A stretch of DNA of 59,868 nt from Armatimonadota bacterium (GCA_046292385.1 JBKBRF010000042.1:1-59868); one strand, 5' to 3'; shown: positions 28,431 to 38,413, counted from the stretch's first letter. Notes: generated by a model from the letters alone, not told the origin. Translations and numbers: made by a program.

Positions 28431-30026
28431 ATGTCGTCCCCCGGAGAGAGCGTTTCCGCCCGTCGACTCCAGCTCATGGTCCGAGCGATGCTGGGAGTCG
28501 CGCTGGCCCTGGGAGCCGGCCTGGCCTTCCCGGGAAGTGGCGCCCGCACGCAGCCGGCGGTCCCCGGAGGCGCTCCGGTCCCGCTTCTCCCCAAAGGGGG
28601 CAAGGAGTTCTACGTGGCGCCGAACGGCAGCTCCAGCGGCGACGGCAGCCTCGCGCGGCCGTGGGACATTAAGACTGCCTTCGCGCCCGCCTCCGCCATC
28701 AAGCCCGGCAGCACCGTCTGGCTTCGCGGCGGCCGCTACGGCACCGGCGGCTCTACGGTGATCGACTGCCGCCTGGCCGGCACCGCCTCCGCCCCGATCA
28801 TCGTGCGCCAGTATCCGCGCGAGCGGGCGACGCTCGACGGCGGGCTCTTTGCCCGCGGGGCGTACGTCTGGTTCTGGGGCTTTGAGATCACCAACACCAG
28901 CCTGGAGCGCAACACCACGGAGAGCTACCGTCCGATCGGCCTGAAGATGGAAGCGGACGGGCAGAAGGCGATCAACCTGGTGATCAACAACACCGGGCGC
29001 ACGGCGCTGAGCTTCCACAAGGACGTGGAGGTCTACGGCTGCCTGATGTGGGGCAACGGCCACTACGATCCGAGTAAGGGCGGGATGATCCGGGGCGGAG
29101 CGGTTTACGCCAACGTACCCAACTCCAATCCGAGCGTGACGCGGTACATCCGGGACATCATCGCCTTCCGGAACTTCCGCTCCGGAGTGAAGGTGTACAG
29201 CGAGTGGACCGATCGGTTCGTCAACGGCTTCCACGTGGAAGGGAACATCTGCTTCGACGCGCACATCGACAACCTCCACGCGACGAGCCGAGAGAACCCG
29301 ATCCGGAACCTGAAGGTGCTGCGGAACTACACCTACGACGTGCGGGAGCAGGAAGGCTCGTGCAACCGGTTCGGGTTCGAGACCGGGAGCAACGAAGACG
29401 CGGTCATCAGCGGGAACTACTTCGTGACCGGCACCCTCGGATTTGGAGCGGTGCGGGTGAAGAACTGGAAATCGCTGCAGTTTACGGAGAACCGGGTGCT
29501 CAGCCCCAACCGGCTGGTCGGCTGGGAGCAGGATTTCCCCGCTAGCACACTGCGCTGGGACCGGAACCACTACTTCGGCGGCAATGATAGCCCGTTTATG
29601 GTGAACGGCGCGTACCGGGACTTCTCCGGGTGGACGTCCCTCCATCCCGTGGACGCCGGCAGCCAATTCCAGGCGAGCTATCCGAGCGGGACGGAGGTCT
29701 TCGTGCGGCCGAACCTGTATGAGCCGGGACGGGGACACGTGGCGGTCTACAACTGGAGCCGGCAGGCGACGGTGGAGGTCGACGTGTCCGGCCTGGGACT
29801 GAAGCCGGGCCAGAGCTTCGAGGTGCTGGACGCCCAGAGCTACTACGGCGCGCCGGTGGCGACGGGGGTCTTCGACGGCAGCAAAGTCAAGCTTCCCACG
29901 CGGCTCACGGCGGCGGCGCCGATTCCCGGCAAGCTCCGCCACATGAGCGCGGAGCACACGGGGCCGGAGTTCAACGCGTTCGTGGTGCGCCCGCTTCAGG
30001 CTTCGGACGGCAAAGAGTCGGATTGA
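28431..30026 (+). CDS. Secreted beta-helix protein, paralogue 4 (beta-helix only, no CBM-like or FN3 domains)
   Basis: AGGAGG Shine-Dalgarno; signal and Pro-rich linker lead straight into FYVAPNG. Confidence 0.85.
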   Translation: MSSPGESVSARRLQLMVRAMLGVALALGAGLAFPGSGARTQPAVPGGAPVPLLPKGGKEFYVAPNGSSSGDGSLARPWDIKTAFAPASAIKPGSTVWLRGGRYGTGGSTVIDCRLAGTASAPIIVRQYPRERATLDGGLFARGAYVWFWGFEITNTSLERNTTESYRPIGLKMEADGQKAINLVINNTGRTALSFHKDVEVYGCLMWGNGHYDPSKGGMIRGGAVYANVPNSNPSVTRYIRDIIAFRNFRSGVKVYSEWTDRFVNGFHVEGNICFDAHIDNLHATSRENPIRNLKVLRNYTYDVREQEGSCNRFGFETGSNEDAVISGNYFVTGTLGFGAVRVKNWKSLQFTENRVLSPNRLVGWEQDFPASTLRWDRNHYFGGNDSPFMVNGAYRDFSGWTSLHPVDAGSQFQASYPSGTEVFVRPNLYEPGRGHVAVYNWSRQATVEVDVSGLGLKPGQSFEVLDAQSYYGAPVATGVFDGSKVKLPTRLTAAAPIPGKLRHMSAEHTGPEFNAFVVRPLQASDGKESD

Positions 30027-31270
30027 GCTTGCGGCGGCTGCGGCGGGCCGCAGAGGCTCCGCAGCTTCGCCTCCAGCCGCGTGGCCCAGTGCGAGCGGGA
30101 ATAGTGCTCTTCCACGTACTGCCGGCCCAGCCGGCCCATCTCCCGTCGTTTCTCCGGATCGCGATAGAGGGTGAGAATCGCCTCCGCGATCCCCTCCGCG
30201 TCACCCGGCGGAACCACGAGACCCCCTCGCGACTCCTGCAGGATGCGGGCGCTCTCTCCGCTCAGGGCGCCGACGACGGCGCGCTCACAGGCGAGATACT
30301 CGAAGACCTTGACCGAGACGACCTTCTTGGGGTACGGCTCCGGCCGTACCGCGGCGAAGCAGAGATCTGCCCGCGCGAGCAGGTACGGAACGTCGGCCAC
30401 GCTGCGCTCGCCGCCGAAGAGCACGTTGTCGAGCCCGGATTGCCGGACTTCTTCCTCCAGCGCCTCCTTCCGGGCCCCGTTCCCGAGGATGAAGAAGAGG
30501 ATCTCCTTCTCGTGCCGCAGCTTCCGGGCCGCTTCCAGGAAGGCCTCCAGCCCATGCTTGATGCCGAGCAGCCCCGAATAGACCACGACGAAGCGGTCGC
30601 CGAACGGGTACTCCTCCGCCACCGGGTTCCGGCGCGGCTGCGGGGAGAAGGTCTCCAGATCGGCTCCGTTCGGAAGCAGGAAGGCGCGCTCGGCCGGGAC
30701 GCCCCGCTCGATGACGGTCTCGACGATCGAGGGGGTGGTGCCGCAGACGCAGTCGGCGCGCCGGTAGACGGCGCGTTCCAGGGTGCGGATGAGCCGGACC
30801 GGCAGCGAGGTCTCACTCGCTCCGCCGTAGGTAATCAGCTCATCCGGCCAGAGGTCGCGGGCGTCGAAGACCAGCTTCGCTCGCCAGAGGCGGGCCAGGG
30901 CCAGCGCCGCCGCCGCGGGAAAGAGCGGTGGGGAGGTAACGAGGATCAGGTCGGCCCGTCCCGCCCGGAGCCCGCTGTGCAGCACCGCCGGGATGAAGCT
31001 GAGGTAGCTGCGGAGCTGCGACCATTGAGAGCGGTTGCGGGGCGCGGTGTAGTAGGCAGTCCGAAGCACGAGCGCTCCGTCCCGCTCCTCCCGAGCGGTG
31101 CGCTTCCGCTGGTACTGTGGAAAGACTACGCCCGCCGGATAGTTCGGCATGCCGGTGGCGACCCGGACTTCGTGACCCGCCGCGACCAACTGCCGGACGA
31201 TCGGGTACATGCGATTGGCGGCCGCACCCATCTCGGGCGGATAGATTTGCGAGATGATGAGAATGCGCAT
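29996..31270 (-). CDS. Glycosyltransferase family 4 (WbuB-like)
   Basis: MRILIISQIYPPE, DARDLWPD, LPNGAD and KVFEYLA motifs. Confidence 0.9.
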   Translation of the reverse strand: MRILIISQIYPPEMGAAANRMYPIVRQLVAAGHEVRVATGMPNYPAGVVFPQYQRKRTAREERDGALVLRTAYYTAPRNRSQWSQLRSYLSFIPAVLHSGLRAGRADLILVTSPPLFPAAAALALARLWRAKLVFDARDLWPDELITYGGASETSLPVRLIRTLERAVYRRADCVCGTTPSIVETVIERGVPAERAFLLPNGADLETFSPQPRRNPVAEEYPFGDRFVVVYSGLLGIKHGLEAFLEAARKLRHEKEILFFILGNGARKEALEEEVRQSGLDNVLFGGERSVADVPYLLARADLCFAAVRPEPYPKKVVSVKVFEYLACERAVVGALSGESARILQESRGGLVVPPGDAEGIAEAILTLYRDPEKRREMGRLGRQYVEEHYSRSHWATRLEAKLRSLCGPPQPPQAQSDSLPSEA

Positions 31271-31278
31271 CGGAGCTC

Positions 31279-32562
31279 CTACGCTTCGGGTTTGCGGTCC
31301 GAGATCGGCAGCCGGTGGCTGCCGGAGCGCTGGCTGGCGGAATGCTCGCCCGGGCGGTGCGTCTTCCGGGGCTGATCGACTAGATCCCGCAGCCCTTCTA
31401 GCCATTCACCCAGCGCCGGCCACGGGTCGTCCCTTCGCCACATCTCCAGGCGCGTTCCCGCCGGCTGCCGGCCGAAGATCTCCCGGAACCCCTCGATCCG
31501 CGTCGGATAGGGGCCGGTAAAGCCGGCCGGGGGCCCGGTGAGGATACAGAGGAGCCGTTTCATGTCGCCCCACAGCCAGCGGAGGATGACCCCGTCCTCG
31601 TACGCCGCGGGCTCGCCCGGGCTCTCTCCTCGCAGGACGGCTACCCACTGCGCTGGAAAGTCGACCCCGGAGTCGACGGCGAGCTGCAGGGAGGTCCAGA
31701 ACCGGCCGTTCACCTCCATCAGGCACGGCGGCTGGACGCCGTCGTCCCGGAACTCCACCATGGCCGGGCCGTGCCAGCTCAGCGCGGAGAGGAGCCGCTG
31801 CGCCGGCTCGCGGAGGCGAGGGTCCAGCACGATCGACCGCCGAAGACTGCTCCCGGAGCCGGTGGGCCGCGTATCTCGGAGGCGTTGATGGGCGAACCAC
31901 GCCACGACGCGGCCCTGGTCGCAGAGCGCGAAGACTCCCTTGCCGTCTCCAGGAACGTACTGCTGGAGCAGCGGCCAGCACTCGCCCTGCACCCGGGAGA
32001 GGACCGCCGCCTCCAACTGCTCCCGGCTGCTGGGATAGGCACAGCTCCGGTTGGGGGCGAAGGCAGCGCCGTCCCAGGCGTGGCTGAACCGGGGCTTCAC
32101 CACGCAGGGGAAGCCGAGCTGCTCCACCGCGGCATGCGCTTCGGCGAGGGAGGTGGGAGCGACCGTCAGCGGAGCGCGGACCTCACACTGCGCCGCCGCC
32201 TCGAAGGTGAGGGCCTTGTCGAAGGCGCGCTGCAGCATCTCCGGCGGTCCGCAGCCCACCCGGATCCCGGCCGCCTCCCAGGCGTCGCGCTCCAGGTTGC
32301 AGAGGACGCAGGCTCGCTCGGTGAGCGGCAGGACGATCTGCGCTCCCCAGCCTCGCGCCCAGAAGCGCAGGGCGGAGAACGACTGCACCGTCTCACCACT
32401 TAGCAGGAAGGCGTCGCGACAGTAGCGGGACCAGGCGGCCAGCGGCCGCCAGCGGGTGCTGGCGACCAGCATCGGGAACCCGGCGCGCCCGAGGGAGCGG
32501 ACGCACGCGAGGGCGTGGTTCGTGTGGCCGTCCAGGACCAGGATTGGTTTCTCATTCCTCAT
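31279..32562 (-). CDS. ATP-grasp protein (carboxylate-amine ligase)
   Basis: GFPCVVKP, LLQQYVPG, AMVEFR and LMEVNGRFW motifs. Confidence 0.88.
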   Translation of the reverse strand: MRNEKPILVLDGHTNHALACVRSLGRAGFPMLVASTRWRPLAAWSRYCRDAFLLSGETVQSFSALRFWARGWGAQIVLPLTERACVLCNLERDAWEAAGIRVGCGPPEMLQRAFDKALTFEAAAQCEVRAPLTVAPTSLAEAHAAVEQLGFPCVVKPRFSHAWDGAAFAPNRSCAYPSSREQLEAAVLSRVQGECWPLLQQYVPGDGKGVFALCDQGRVVAWFAHQRLRDTRPTGSGSSLRRSIVLDPRLREPAQRLLSALSWHGPAMVEFRDDGVQPPCLMEVNGRFWTSLQLAVDSGVDFPAQWVAVLRGESPGEPAAYEDGVILRWLWGDMKRLLCILTGPPAGFTGPYPTRIEGFREIFGRQPAGTRLEMWRRDDPWPALGEWLEGLRDLVDQPRKTHRPGEHSASQRSGSHRLPISDRKPEA

Positions 32563-33464
32563 ACGGCGCGCTTAGCCTTTCGCAGCCGGTCGGTCAGACG
32601 GAGCGGCCCGAACGAGCCGAGCGCCTTCGCCCGGAGCATCTCGGGACTGTCGAGGGCGAACACCTCCAGTCGCGGCAGGCGGTACGGGTCGCTGTCCCGT
32701 CTCGCGAGATCGAGATCGGTGGTCACCGCCATCTCGAACCCGGCGCCGCGCACCGCGGCCACGTAGTCGTCGGAGACGTAGCCGTGACGCGAGCTGCCAT
32801 ACGGGTAGGCGTAGGCGTTCACCTCACCGAACCGCGCCGTCAGGATCTCCCGGGATCGCTCGACCTCCTCGACCAGCTCTTCCCGGGTACACTCCGGTCC
32901 TTTCAGGTGCCGATGGGAGTGGGCGCCGATCGTGATCAGGCCAGACGCGACGCACTGCTCCACCTCGTCCCAGGTCATCGGCCGCCAGGCGTCCGCCGGC
33001 GTGCGGTGCCGGTTCTTCCGCGCCCAGGCATCGAACGAAAACGGAGCGGAGCTGCCGATGGCGTCGGTCACCAGGAAAAGTGTCGCCGGCATCTGGTAAC
33101 GCCGGAGGATCGGCAGCGCGTGGCTGAAAAAGTTGACGTAGCCGTCATCGAAGGTCAGGCTGACGAGCGGTTTTCGGCTGCTGCGCCGCCCGGCGCAGCG
33201 CGGCGGCACCTCCCTCAGGGGCACCACCTCCGCCTCCGCTGCGAGGCCGGCGATCTGACGCTCGAAGATGGCGGGCGTGACGTTCCGGTCGTCCGTACCC
33301 GGGTCAACGAATTCCAGCGGGGCAATGCGGTGGTAGTAGAAGATGCACGCCTCCTGCGCGGCGCCGAGGCGGGGGTCGCCGGGTCTTGCGAGCCGGCTGA
33401 TCGCCAGGCTCGCCTGGCCCGCAGTGTGCTTCAGGGCCCGTTTGAGCAGTACGGGACCAATCAT
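32559..33464 (-). CDS. Polysaccharide deacetylase (CE4)
   Basis: YHRI, LTFDDG, GAHSHRH, AYPYG and LPR motifs. Confidence 0.9.
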   Translation of the reverse strand: MIGPVLLKRALKHTAGQASLAISRLARPGDPRLGAAQEACIFYYHRIAPLEFVDPGTDDRNVTPAIFERQIAGLAAEAEVVPLREVPPRCAGRRSSRKPLVSLTFDDGYVNFFSHALPILRRYQMPATLFLVTDAIGSSAPFSFDAWARKNRHRTPADAWRPMTWDEVEQCVASGLITIGAHSHRHLKGPECTREELVEEVERSREILTARFGEVNAYAYPYGSSRHGYVSDDYVAAVRGAGFEMAVTTDLDLARRDSDPYRLPRLEVFALDSPEMLRAKALGSFGPLRLTDRLRKAKRAV

Positions 33465-33501
33465 CGCCGTCTCTCCGGATGAATTGCCGCCCTCGGCGGG
33501 A

Positions 33502-34941
33502 TCAGTGGCTCACTGTTGGCTGCCCGCCTACAGCTTCGGGCCGCGCGTGGGTCCGCTCCTCGGGGGAGAGCAGACAGATCACAGGCTGGAACTTCCCATT
33601 CGGTCCGCGGGGAATGTCCGCCATCTCCTCCAGGCTGACCGCCACCTCCCCGACCCTTGCTTGCAGCCGCTCGACCAGCGTCCGCGCGGACGCGTCGTCG
33701 AAGCCGTCGGCCGGAACGTACCGGACGCGGATCCGGTCCAGGCTCTCCTGGATGATCTGGCTCTGACGGAGCGGTAGGCCGTAGAAGACCGGATTGAGCC
33801 AGAACACCTTTCGGCCGTCGCGAGTGATCAGCAGGTCGCTGTTGCGCCCCTCGATGCGCCCGAAGAGCGGCAGGCCGCGGCCGCAGGCGCAGGGGGGTCC
33901 GGGCTCGACCGGATGGCCCCGGTCCCCGATCCGGTAGCGGATCAGCGGCATGTCCGCGTTGAGCAGACCGGTCCCGACCAGGTCGCCGCTCTCTCCGGGC
34001 GGAGCCGGAGCCACGCCCTCCAGCCGCTCCACCCAGCCGACTTCGGGCCACTGGTGCAGGTGTCCCGCTTCGCACTCGCTCGCGGCCGCCGTCAGCTCCC
34101 CCATGCCGTAGGTCTCGCACACCCGGCACTGGAACGCCTCGGAGATCACCCGCCGCTGCTCCTCGGAGAGCGGCTCGGCGTTGGTGATGGCGACCGTCAT
34201 CCGCAGGTCACGCCGTCCCAACCGCAGCACCTCGAGCGCGAGCGCGTGCAAGGATGAGGTGTAGCCGTAGAAGTGGCTGATCCGGTACCGGACCAGCGCC
34301 TCCAGGTAGAACGGGATAAGGTCCGGGGCCAGGTGGAAGGTGGACATGTAGAGCTGTCCCAGCGACGCGTTCCAGACCCAGAACGGCGGCTTTCGCTGGG
34401 CCAGCGGCACCACCATTTGGCCACCGAGCATGGCGTACCGGTCTCCCCGGCGGGCCCCATGCCAGCCGCGAGCTCGCGCCGCGGAGAGGGCGTAGAGTGC
34501 CCGCACCGTCTCCCGGCTCCGCCAGAGATGGATCGGCTTTCCGGTCGTCCCGCTGGTCTGCAGGTGGAACATCCGGCCGCGATCGCAGTCGTCCGCCACG
34601 AACGCCTCCGGCCGCTCGCGCAGGGCCTCCTTCTCCAGCACCGGCCAGTTCTCCAGCGCCTCCCAGGACGACCGGTCCCCGTGAGCGCGCCTCCGGGTCC
34701 ACTGCTCGCGGTAATACGGCACCCGGGTCGCGGCGCGGTGCAGCACGTACGCCAGCCGCTCCTCCCGCCAGGCGTGCCACTGCTCCTCGCTCCACCGCTC
34801 GCGCTCGTGCGCTTCTTCCACCAGGCGGTCCGAGTCGTGGCCGTAGCGCCAGGAGCGCAGGTAGGCTCCGCGCACGCTGGCGGCGGTCGAGCGCGCCCAC
34901 GGAGGCAGACTGTTGTAGACCTGGAACAGCCAACTGCTCAT
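33502..34941 (-). CDS. CapK / phenylacetate-CoA ligase family adenylate-forming enzyme
   Basis: TSGTTG, ETYGMGE, MPLIRYRIGD and IEGR motifs; start MSSWLF overlaps the upstream stop. Confidence 0.88.
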   Translation of the reverse strand: MSSWLFQVYNSLPPWARSTAASVRGAYLRSWRYGHDSDRLVEEAHERERWSEEQWHAWREERLAYVLHRAATRVPYYREQWTRRRAHGDRSSWEALENWPVLEKEALRERPEAFVADDCDRGRMFHLQTSGTTGKPIHLWRSRETVRALYALSAARARGWHGARRGDRYAMLGGQMVVPLAQRKPPFWVWNASLGQLYMSTFHLAPDLIPFYLEALVRYRISHFYGYTSSLHALALEVLRLGRRDLRMTVAITNAEPLSEEQRRVISEAFQCRVCETYGMGELTAAASECEAGHLHQWPEVGWVERLEGVAPAPPGESGDLVGTGLLNADMPLIRYRIGDRGHPVEPGPPCACGRGLPLFGRIEGRNSDLLITRDGRKVFWLNPVFYGLPLRQSQIIQESLDRIRVRYVPADGFDDASARTLVERLQARVGEVAVSLEEMADIPRGPNGKFQPVICLLSPEERTHARPEAVGGQPTVSH

Positions 34942-36104
34942 GCTTCTCTCCTGGAGTGTCCACTGCCGCCGGGCCCGGGCTCTCCGCCACGGGCCGGAAC
35001 TGCCCCGGCAGACGCTGCCGCCGCGGAGCGAGCCAGCGGATCGGCCCCACTGGCGGGCCGTGCCGGTCGCAGCCGCCGCGTGACCCGCCCACCCCGGCGG
35101 AGGAGCGCCGCCAGCCCGAGCGCCGGCACCAGCGAGAGGCGGGCAAAGCCGGCCCCGTCTCCCCCACGGATCGCCGCCCCCAGCCGGGCTGCGTAGAGCG
35201 GCACCACCAGGCGTCGTACCGGCAGCGAAAAGCCGTCCCGCGCGAAGCTCGGCCACCGCCAGCGATCGTGATCCAGGCGCGGCGCCACGTCGGGCGGCAG
35301 GAGCGGCCGGTCGAAGAGGCGCTGGTGGACCTGCTCCGCGTATCCCGCACAGCAGGAGAGTGCCGTCAGGATACCGAGACGCCGCGCGGCACCGAGGAGA
35401 TAGTCCCAATCGAGATTCCGCTCCCGCAGGACGTCGACGGCGCTCACGAGGTCGGAGAGCCGGACCGACGAGCGGACCCAGACCAGCCCCAGCGCCTGGA
35501 GCAGGAGCTGGTCTTCTCGCGACGGCACCCAGAAGCGAGCGCCCGCGAGGCTCACCTGGCGGCGGTTCCGCGTCACCTGAGCGGCGTACGCAGCGCACTC
35601 CCCCGCCACGCCCAGGCGTCCGTGAAAGATCTCCAGCGGAGTGGGGCAGGCCGCCAGCTCATAGGTGGCCGAGCCGGCGACGGCATGGGCAAAGCCGCGC
35701 GTCTCTTTCCGGAAGCCGAGCTCTCGCTCGAGATGGCGGTCGATGGTGCGGGACCGGCTGCCGACCAGCAGATCGATATCGCCGCCCATGTCGGGGTAGT
35801 GCTTGAACGACTTGAGAAACACACACGCTACGTCGCGCTCCGCGCAGACTCGCTGGATCTGCCGGATCGCCTGGACCGCCGCCTGCACCCGCCGCCGCTC
35901 CTGCCCGGCGGCCTCGCTCACCGCCGGGGCGAGCGGGATGCCGCGCGCGGCGAGCTGCTCGGCGACGCGTAGAAACACGTGACCGGCCTGCGCCACCTTG
36001 CAGAGCCGCTCCTGGTCCTGCACTTCCGGTGGATCCGGAGTGAACGCCGGATCCAGCAGGAGCCGGAGAGCCAGGTGTGCCGATGCTACCGTGTGAGAGC
36101 TCAT
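34938..36104 (-). CDS. Nucleotidyltransferase family protein (NTP_transf_5-like)
   Basis: FLKS...GGDIDLLV, LEIFH, PSREDQLL and LSD...LDWD motifs. Confidence 0.75.
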   Translation of the reverse strand: MSSHTVASAHLALRLLLDPAFTPDPPEVQDQERLCKVAQAGHVFLRVAEQLAARGIPLAPAVSEAAGQERRRVQAAVQAIRQIQRVCAERDVACVFLKSFKHYPDMGGDIDLLVGSRSRTIDRHLERELGFRKETRGFAHAVAGSATYELAACPTPLEIFHGRLGVAGECAAYAAQVTRNRRQVSLAGARFWVPSREDQLLLQALGLVWVRSSVRLSDLVSAVDVLRERNLDWDYLLGAARRLGILTALSCCAGYAEQVHQRLFDRPLLPPDVAPRLDHDRWRWPSFARDGFSLPVRRLVVPLYAARLGAAIRGGDGAGFARLSLVPALGLAALLRRGGRVTRRLRPARPASGADPLARSAAAASAGAVPARGGEPGPGGSGHSRREA

Positions 36105-36772
36105 CCGGCTCTCCTCTCGACCACCAGCTCCTGAAGCTGCGAGATCGATGCCTTCAGGTCCTCATTGGTGAGGATCACGGCCCGGTCCACCCAGCCGAAG
36201 ACGCAGCGATACGCAGCCTGGCGGCGGCGCAGGTTGTCCAGGTCGAACTCACCCTTTCGGGCAAAGGCGTCGCGTGGATCGGCGTCGACGAAAACCGGCA
36301 CATCCGGAGTCGGTACCACCTTCAAGAACCACCGGGCGTAGGTCCAGCGGTGGCCGTCCGCCAGGTCGACCAGGCGATCGTAGAAGTACCGGTCCATGAT
36401 CAGGACCCGCTTCTGTACCCGCTCGATCGAGTAACGGTGGTAGTAGAAGACGAGCAGGTCCAGCAGGTCTACCCAGCGCCGGAGCGACTTGTTCCACACC
36501 ACTTTGCTGACGACGTTCCGGCCGATCGGCCTGGGAGCGGTCGATCGCCGCTCGGGGGTGCGCTCATTCGAGCTCGCCGAGCCGCGCGGACGGAACGCGC
36601 GAGAAAGGCGTTTCGCGCGGTCGCGGAGAGCGCGAATGCTCGCATAGAGACCGATATCCTCGTTCATGTGAAACACGGTGACGCGCTGATTCTGTGCTTC
36701 GAGGGCGGACTTGAGCGCTTCGATCAGGGTTGACTTTCCGGCTCCGTCCACTCCGGAAAACGTAATCATCAT
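36101..36772 (-). CDS. Thymidylate-kinase-like P-loop kinase
   Basis: ITFSGVDGAGKST, MDRYFYD, PTPD and ARKGE motifs. Confidence 0.8.
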   Translation of the reverse strand: MMITFSGVDGAGKSTLIEALKSALEAQNQRVTVFHMNEDIGLYASIRALRDRAKRLSRAFRPRGSASSNERTPERRSTAPRPIGRNVVSKVVWNKSLRRWVDLLDLLVFYYHRYSIERVQKRVLIMDRYFYDRLVDLADGHRWTYARWFLKVVPTPDVPVFVDADPRDAFARKGEFDLDNLRRRQAAYRCVFGWVDRAVILTNEDLKASISQLQELVVERRAG

Positions 36773-36880
36773 CGCGATACACCTCAGGGCTAACCCGCAG
36801 CGCTCGTCGCTGCGGGGGGAAGCACTGGAGAGTCAAAGAAAGCTCGATGGGAAACTCGTTCGCGGGCGTCCTTCACGCGT

Positions 36881-38413
36881 CTACCACTGCTGAACGTAGA
36901 GGGTTCGGTAGCGATCCTTGGCCTGCTCGACGGCCCACGGGTACGCATATCTGAAGAGATTCAGCCGGTACTCCGGGCCTTCCAGATGCGACAGCAGCTG
37001 CGCCGCGCGCGGACGCAGACTCTTCGGCGCGGACCGGGCGATCTTGCGCGCCACCCTCATGCCGGTCCGGTACGGCGCATACATGCGCGCCAGCAGATCT
37101 CCGGAGAGATGGGTGGGGACCCGCCGCCTGGCGGCAAGGGCGTCCGAGTGCAGTCGCAGCCAGTCGCGATAGTCGCTCTGACCCCGCTCCGAAAGGCGGC
37201 TGTCTCCCGTTCCCAGCAAGACGGACGCGGCCTTTTTGGAGACGCCGAACAGCTCTCTCGGCACGCCGGCTTCTTCGACGATGCGCCGGCAGATCGGACG
37301 GCTGTAGTCGCCCGGAACATCCCAGCTCCGCATCTCGGGCGCGTGACTGATCTCGTTGACTTTGCGGATCTCCCGGACCCCCATGAACGGCACCGGAAAG
37401 TGAATGAAGCCGGCCCACAAGCGGTACTCGGTGAGTGAAAGTCCGGATTGGTCCGCGCGTACGATGTAGGAATCGAGGCACGGCACTTGTTTGCCCCACA
37501 TCTTGTCGCCGTGGAAGCCGGTCAGGAGGACCCGGCCGTGCAGCAGTGACTCGGCCCCCGTGAAGTAGACATCCTCGCCCTTGGCGTCCGCAGCGAGAAA
37601 TGGAATTTCCGCCAGCCGGCTCTGCCTCCACGAGTGGCGGGGGATCAGGGTCAGATCGACGCCGAGGATCTCCGCGATGCGAGCGCCGTCATCGGCGGCG
37701 CCCCCTCTCGCTTCGCTGAACGAGATCACCTCCCGAAGCCCGTGCTCTCGGGCGAGAGCGGTCACGGTGGAGGAGTCGTATCCGGACGAAAGCGTGCCGA
37801 GGAGACCGTAGGGGAAGCGGCGCGCCGGGTCCGCCGCGTTCTCCAGGATCTTCCCCAGGGCACGGTCCAGGAAGCTTCGATACCGCTCGAACGACCCGAA
37901 GTCCCGCGGCGGAGTGGGTTTCTCGACCTCGTGCAGCGTGAAGCCGTCCCAGGCGAGATTGTGAAAGTAGGTGAGTTGGATCGTTCCCCGGGCTGCTTCC
38001 AGATGGCGCTGGTACTGGACGAGGCCGCTCACGATCGAGCCGAAGAACTCCGGGTAGCCGGGATAGGTGGGATCCAGCGGGATCTCCGTCACCGCCAGCA
38101 GGCAGACCAGCGAGTTCGAGACCCAGACCTGGTCTCCGCGCTCCAGCGACTGCAGGCGGTCGACGGTGGCCCCGGAAGAGACGAACGTCACCTGCGAGTC
38201 GCGAATGCAGCCTCCGGAGCCGAAGACCAGGTCGGTCCGGTCGAGCTTCCCGTCGCCGAAGTCGCCGTCCCAGATCCCCTCGCAGAACCAGTGCTCCTGG
38301 ACCTCGACGCGCGGCCCATGCAGCACCGTGACGGTACGATCATCCTGCCTGCAGCACGCCAGCCAGACGAGGGGCGGCCATTCATCGATGAGGCAGTAGC
38401 GAAAGCGCATCAT
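36881..38413 (-). CDS. Asparagine-synthetase-like PP-loop protein lacking the N-terminal Cys
   Basis: TLSSGYDSS (PP-loop) and LLTGFHGD, resembling the AsnB synthetase domain. Confidence 0.55.
   Translation of the reverse strand: MMRFRYCLIDEWPPLVWLACCRQDDRTVTVLHGPRVEVQEHWFCEGIWDGDFGDGKLDRTDLVFGSGGCIRDSQVTFVSSGATVDRLQSLERGDQVWVSNSLVCLLAVTEIPLDPTYPGYPEFFGSIVSGLVQYQRHLEAARGTIQLTYFHNLAWDGFTLHEVEKPTPPRDFGSFERYRSFLDRALGKILENAADPARRFPYGLLGTLSSGYDSSTVTALAREHGLREVISFSEARGGAADDGARIAEILGVDLTLIPRHSWRQSRLAEIPFLAADAKGEDVYFTGAESLLHGRVLLTGFHGDKMWGKQVPCLDSYIVRADQSGLSLTEYRLWAGFIHFPVPFMGVREIRKVNEISHAPEMRSWDVPGDYSRPICRRIVEEAGVPRELFGVSKKAASVLLGTGDSRLSERGQSDYRDWLRLHSDALAARRRVPTHLSGDLLARMYAPYRTGMRVARKIARSAPKSLRPRAAQLLSHLEGPEYRLNLFRYAYPWAVEQAKDRYRTLYVQQW

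Noticed and set aside
29996..30026. Convergent 31-bp overlap of paralogue 4 and GT4 as a regulatory device
   Set aside because: Short tail-to-tail overlaps are common in high-GC genomes; no further evidence
19141..30026. Diversity-generating retroelement or prophage as the cause of the near-identical segments
   Set aside because: No reverse transcriptase or phage structural genes in the window, and the differences are not confined to adenines
33502..35598. 698-aa ORF with a long N-terminal extension
   Set aside because: The extension overlaps the nucleotidyltransferase in another frame; the real start is ATG 34941
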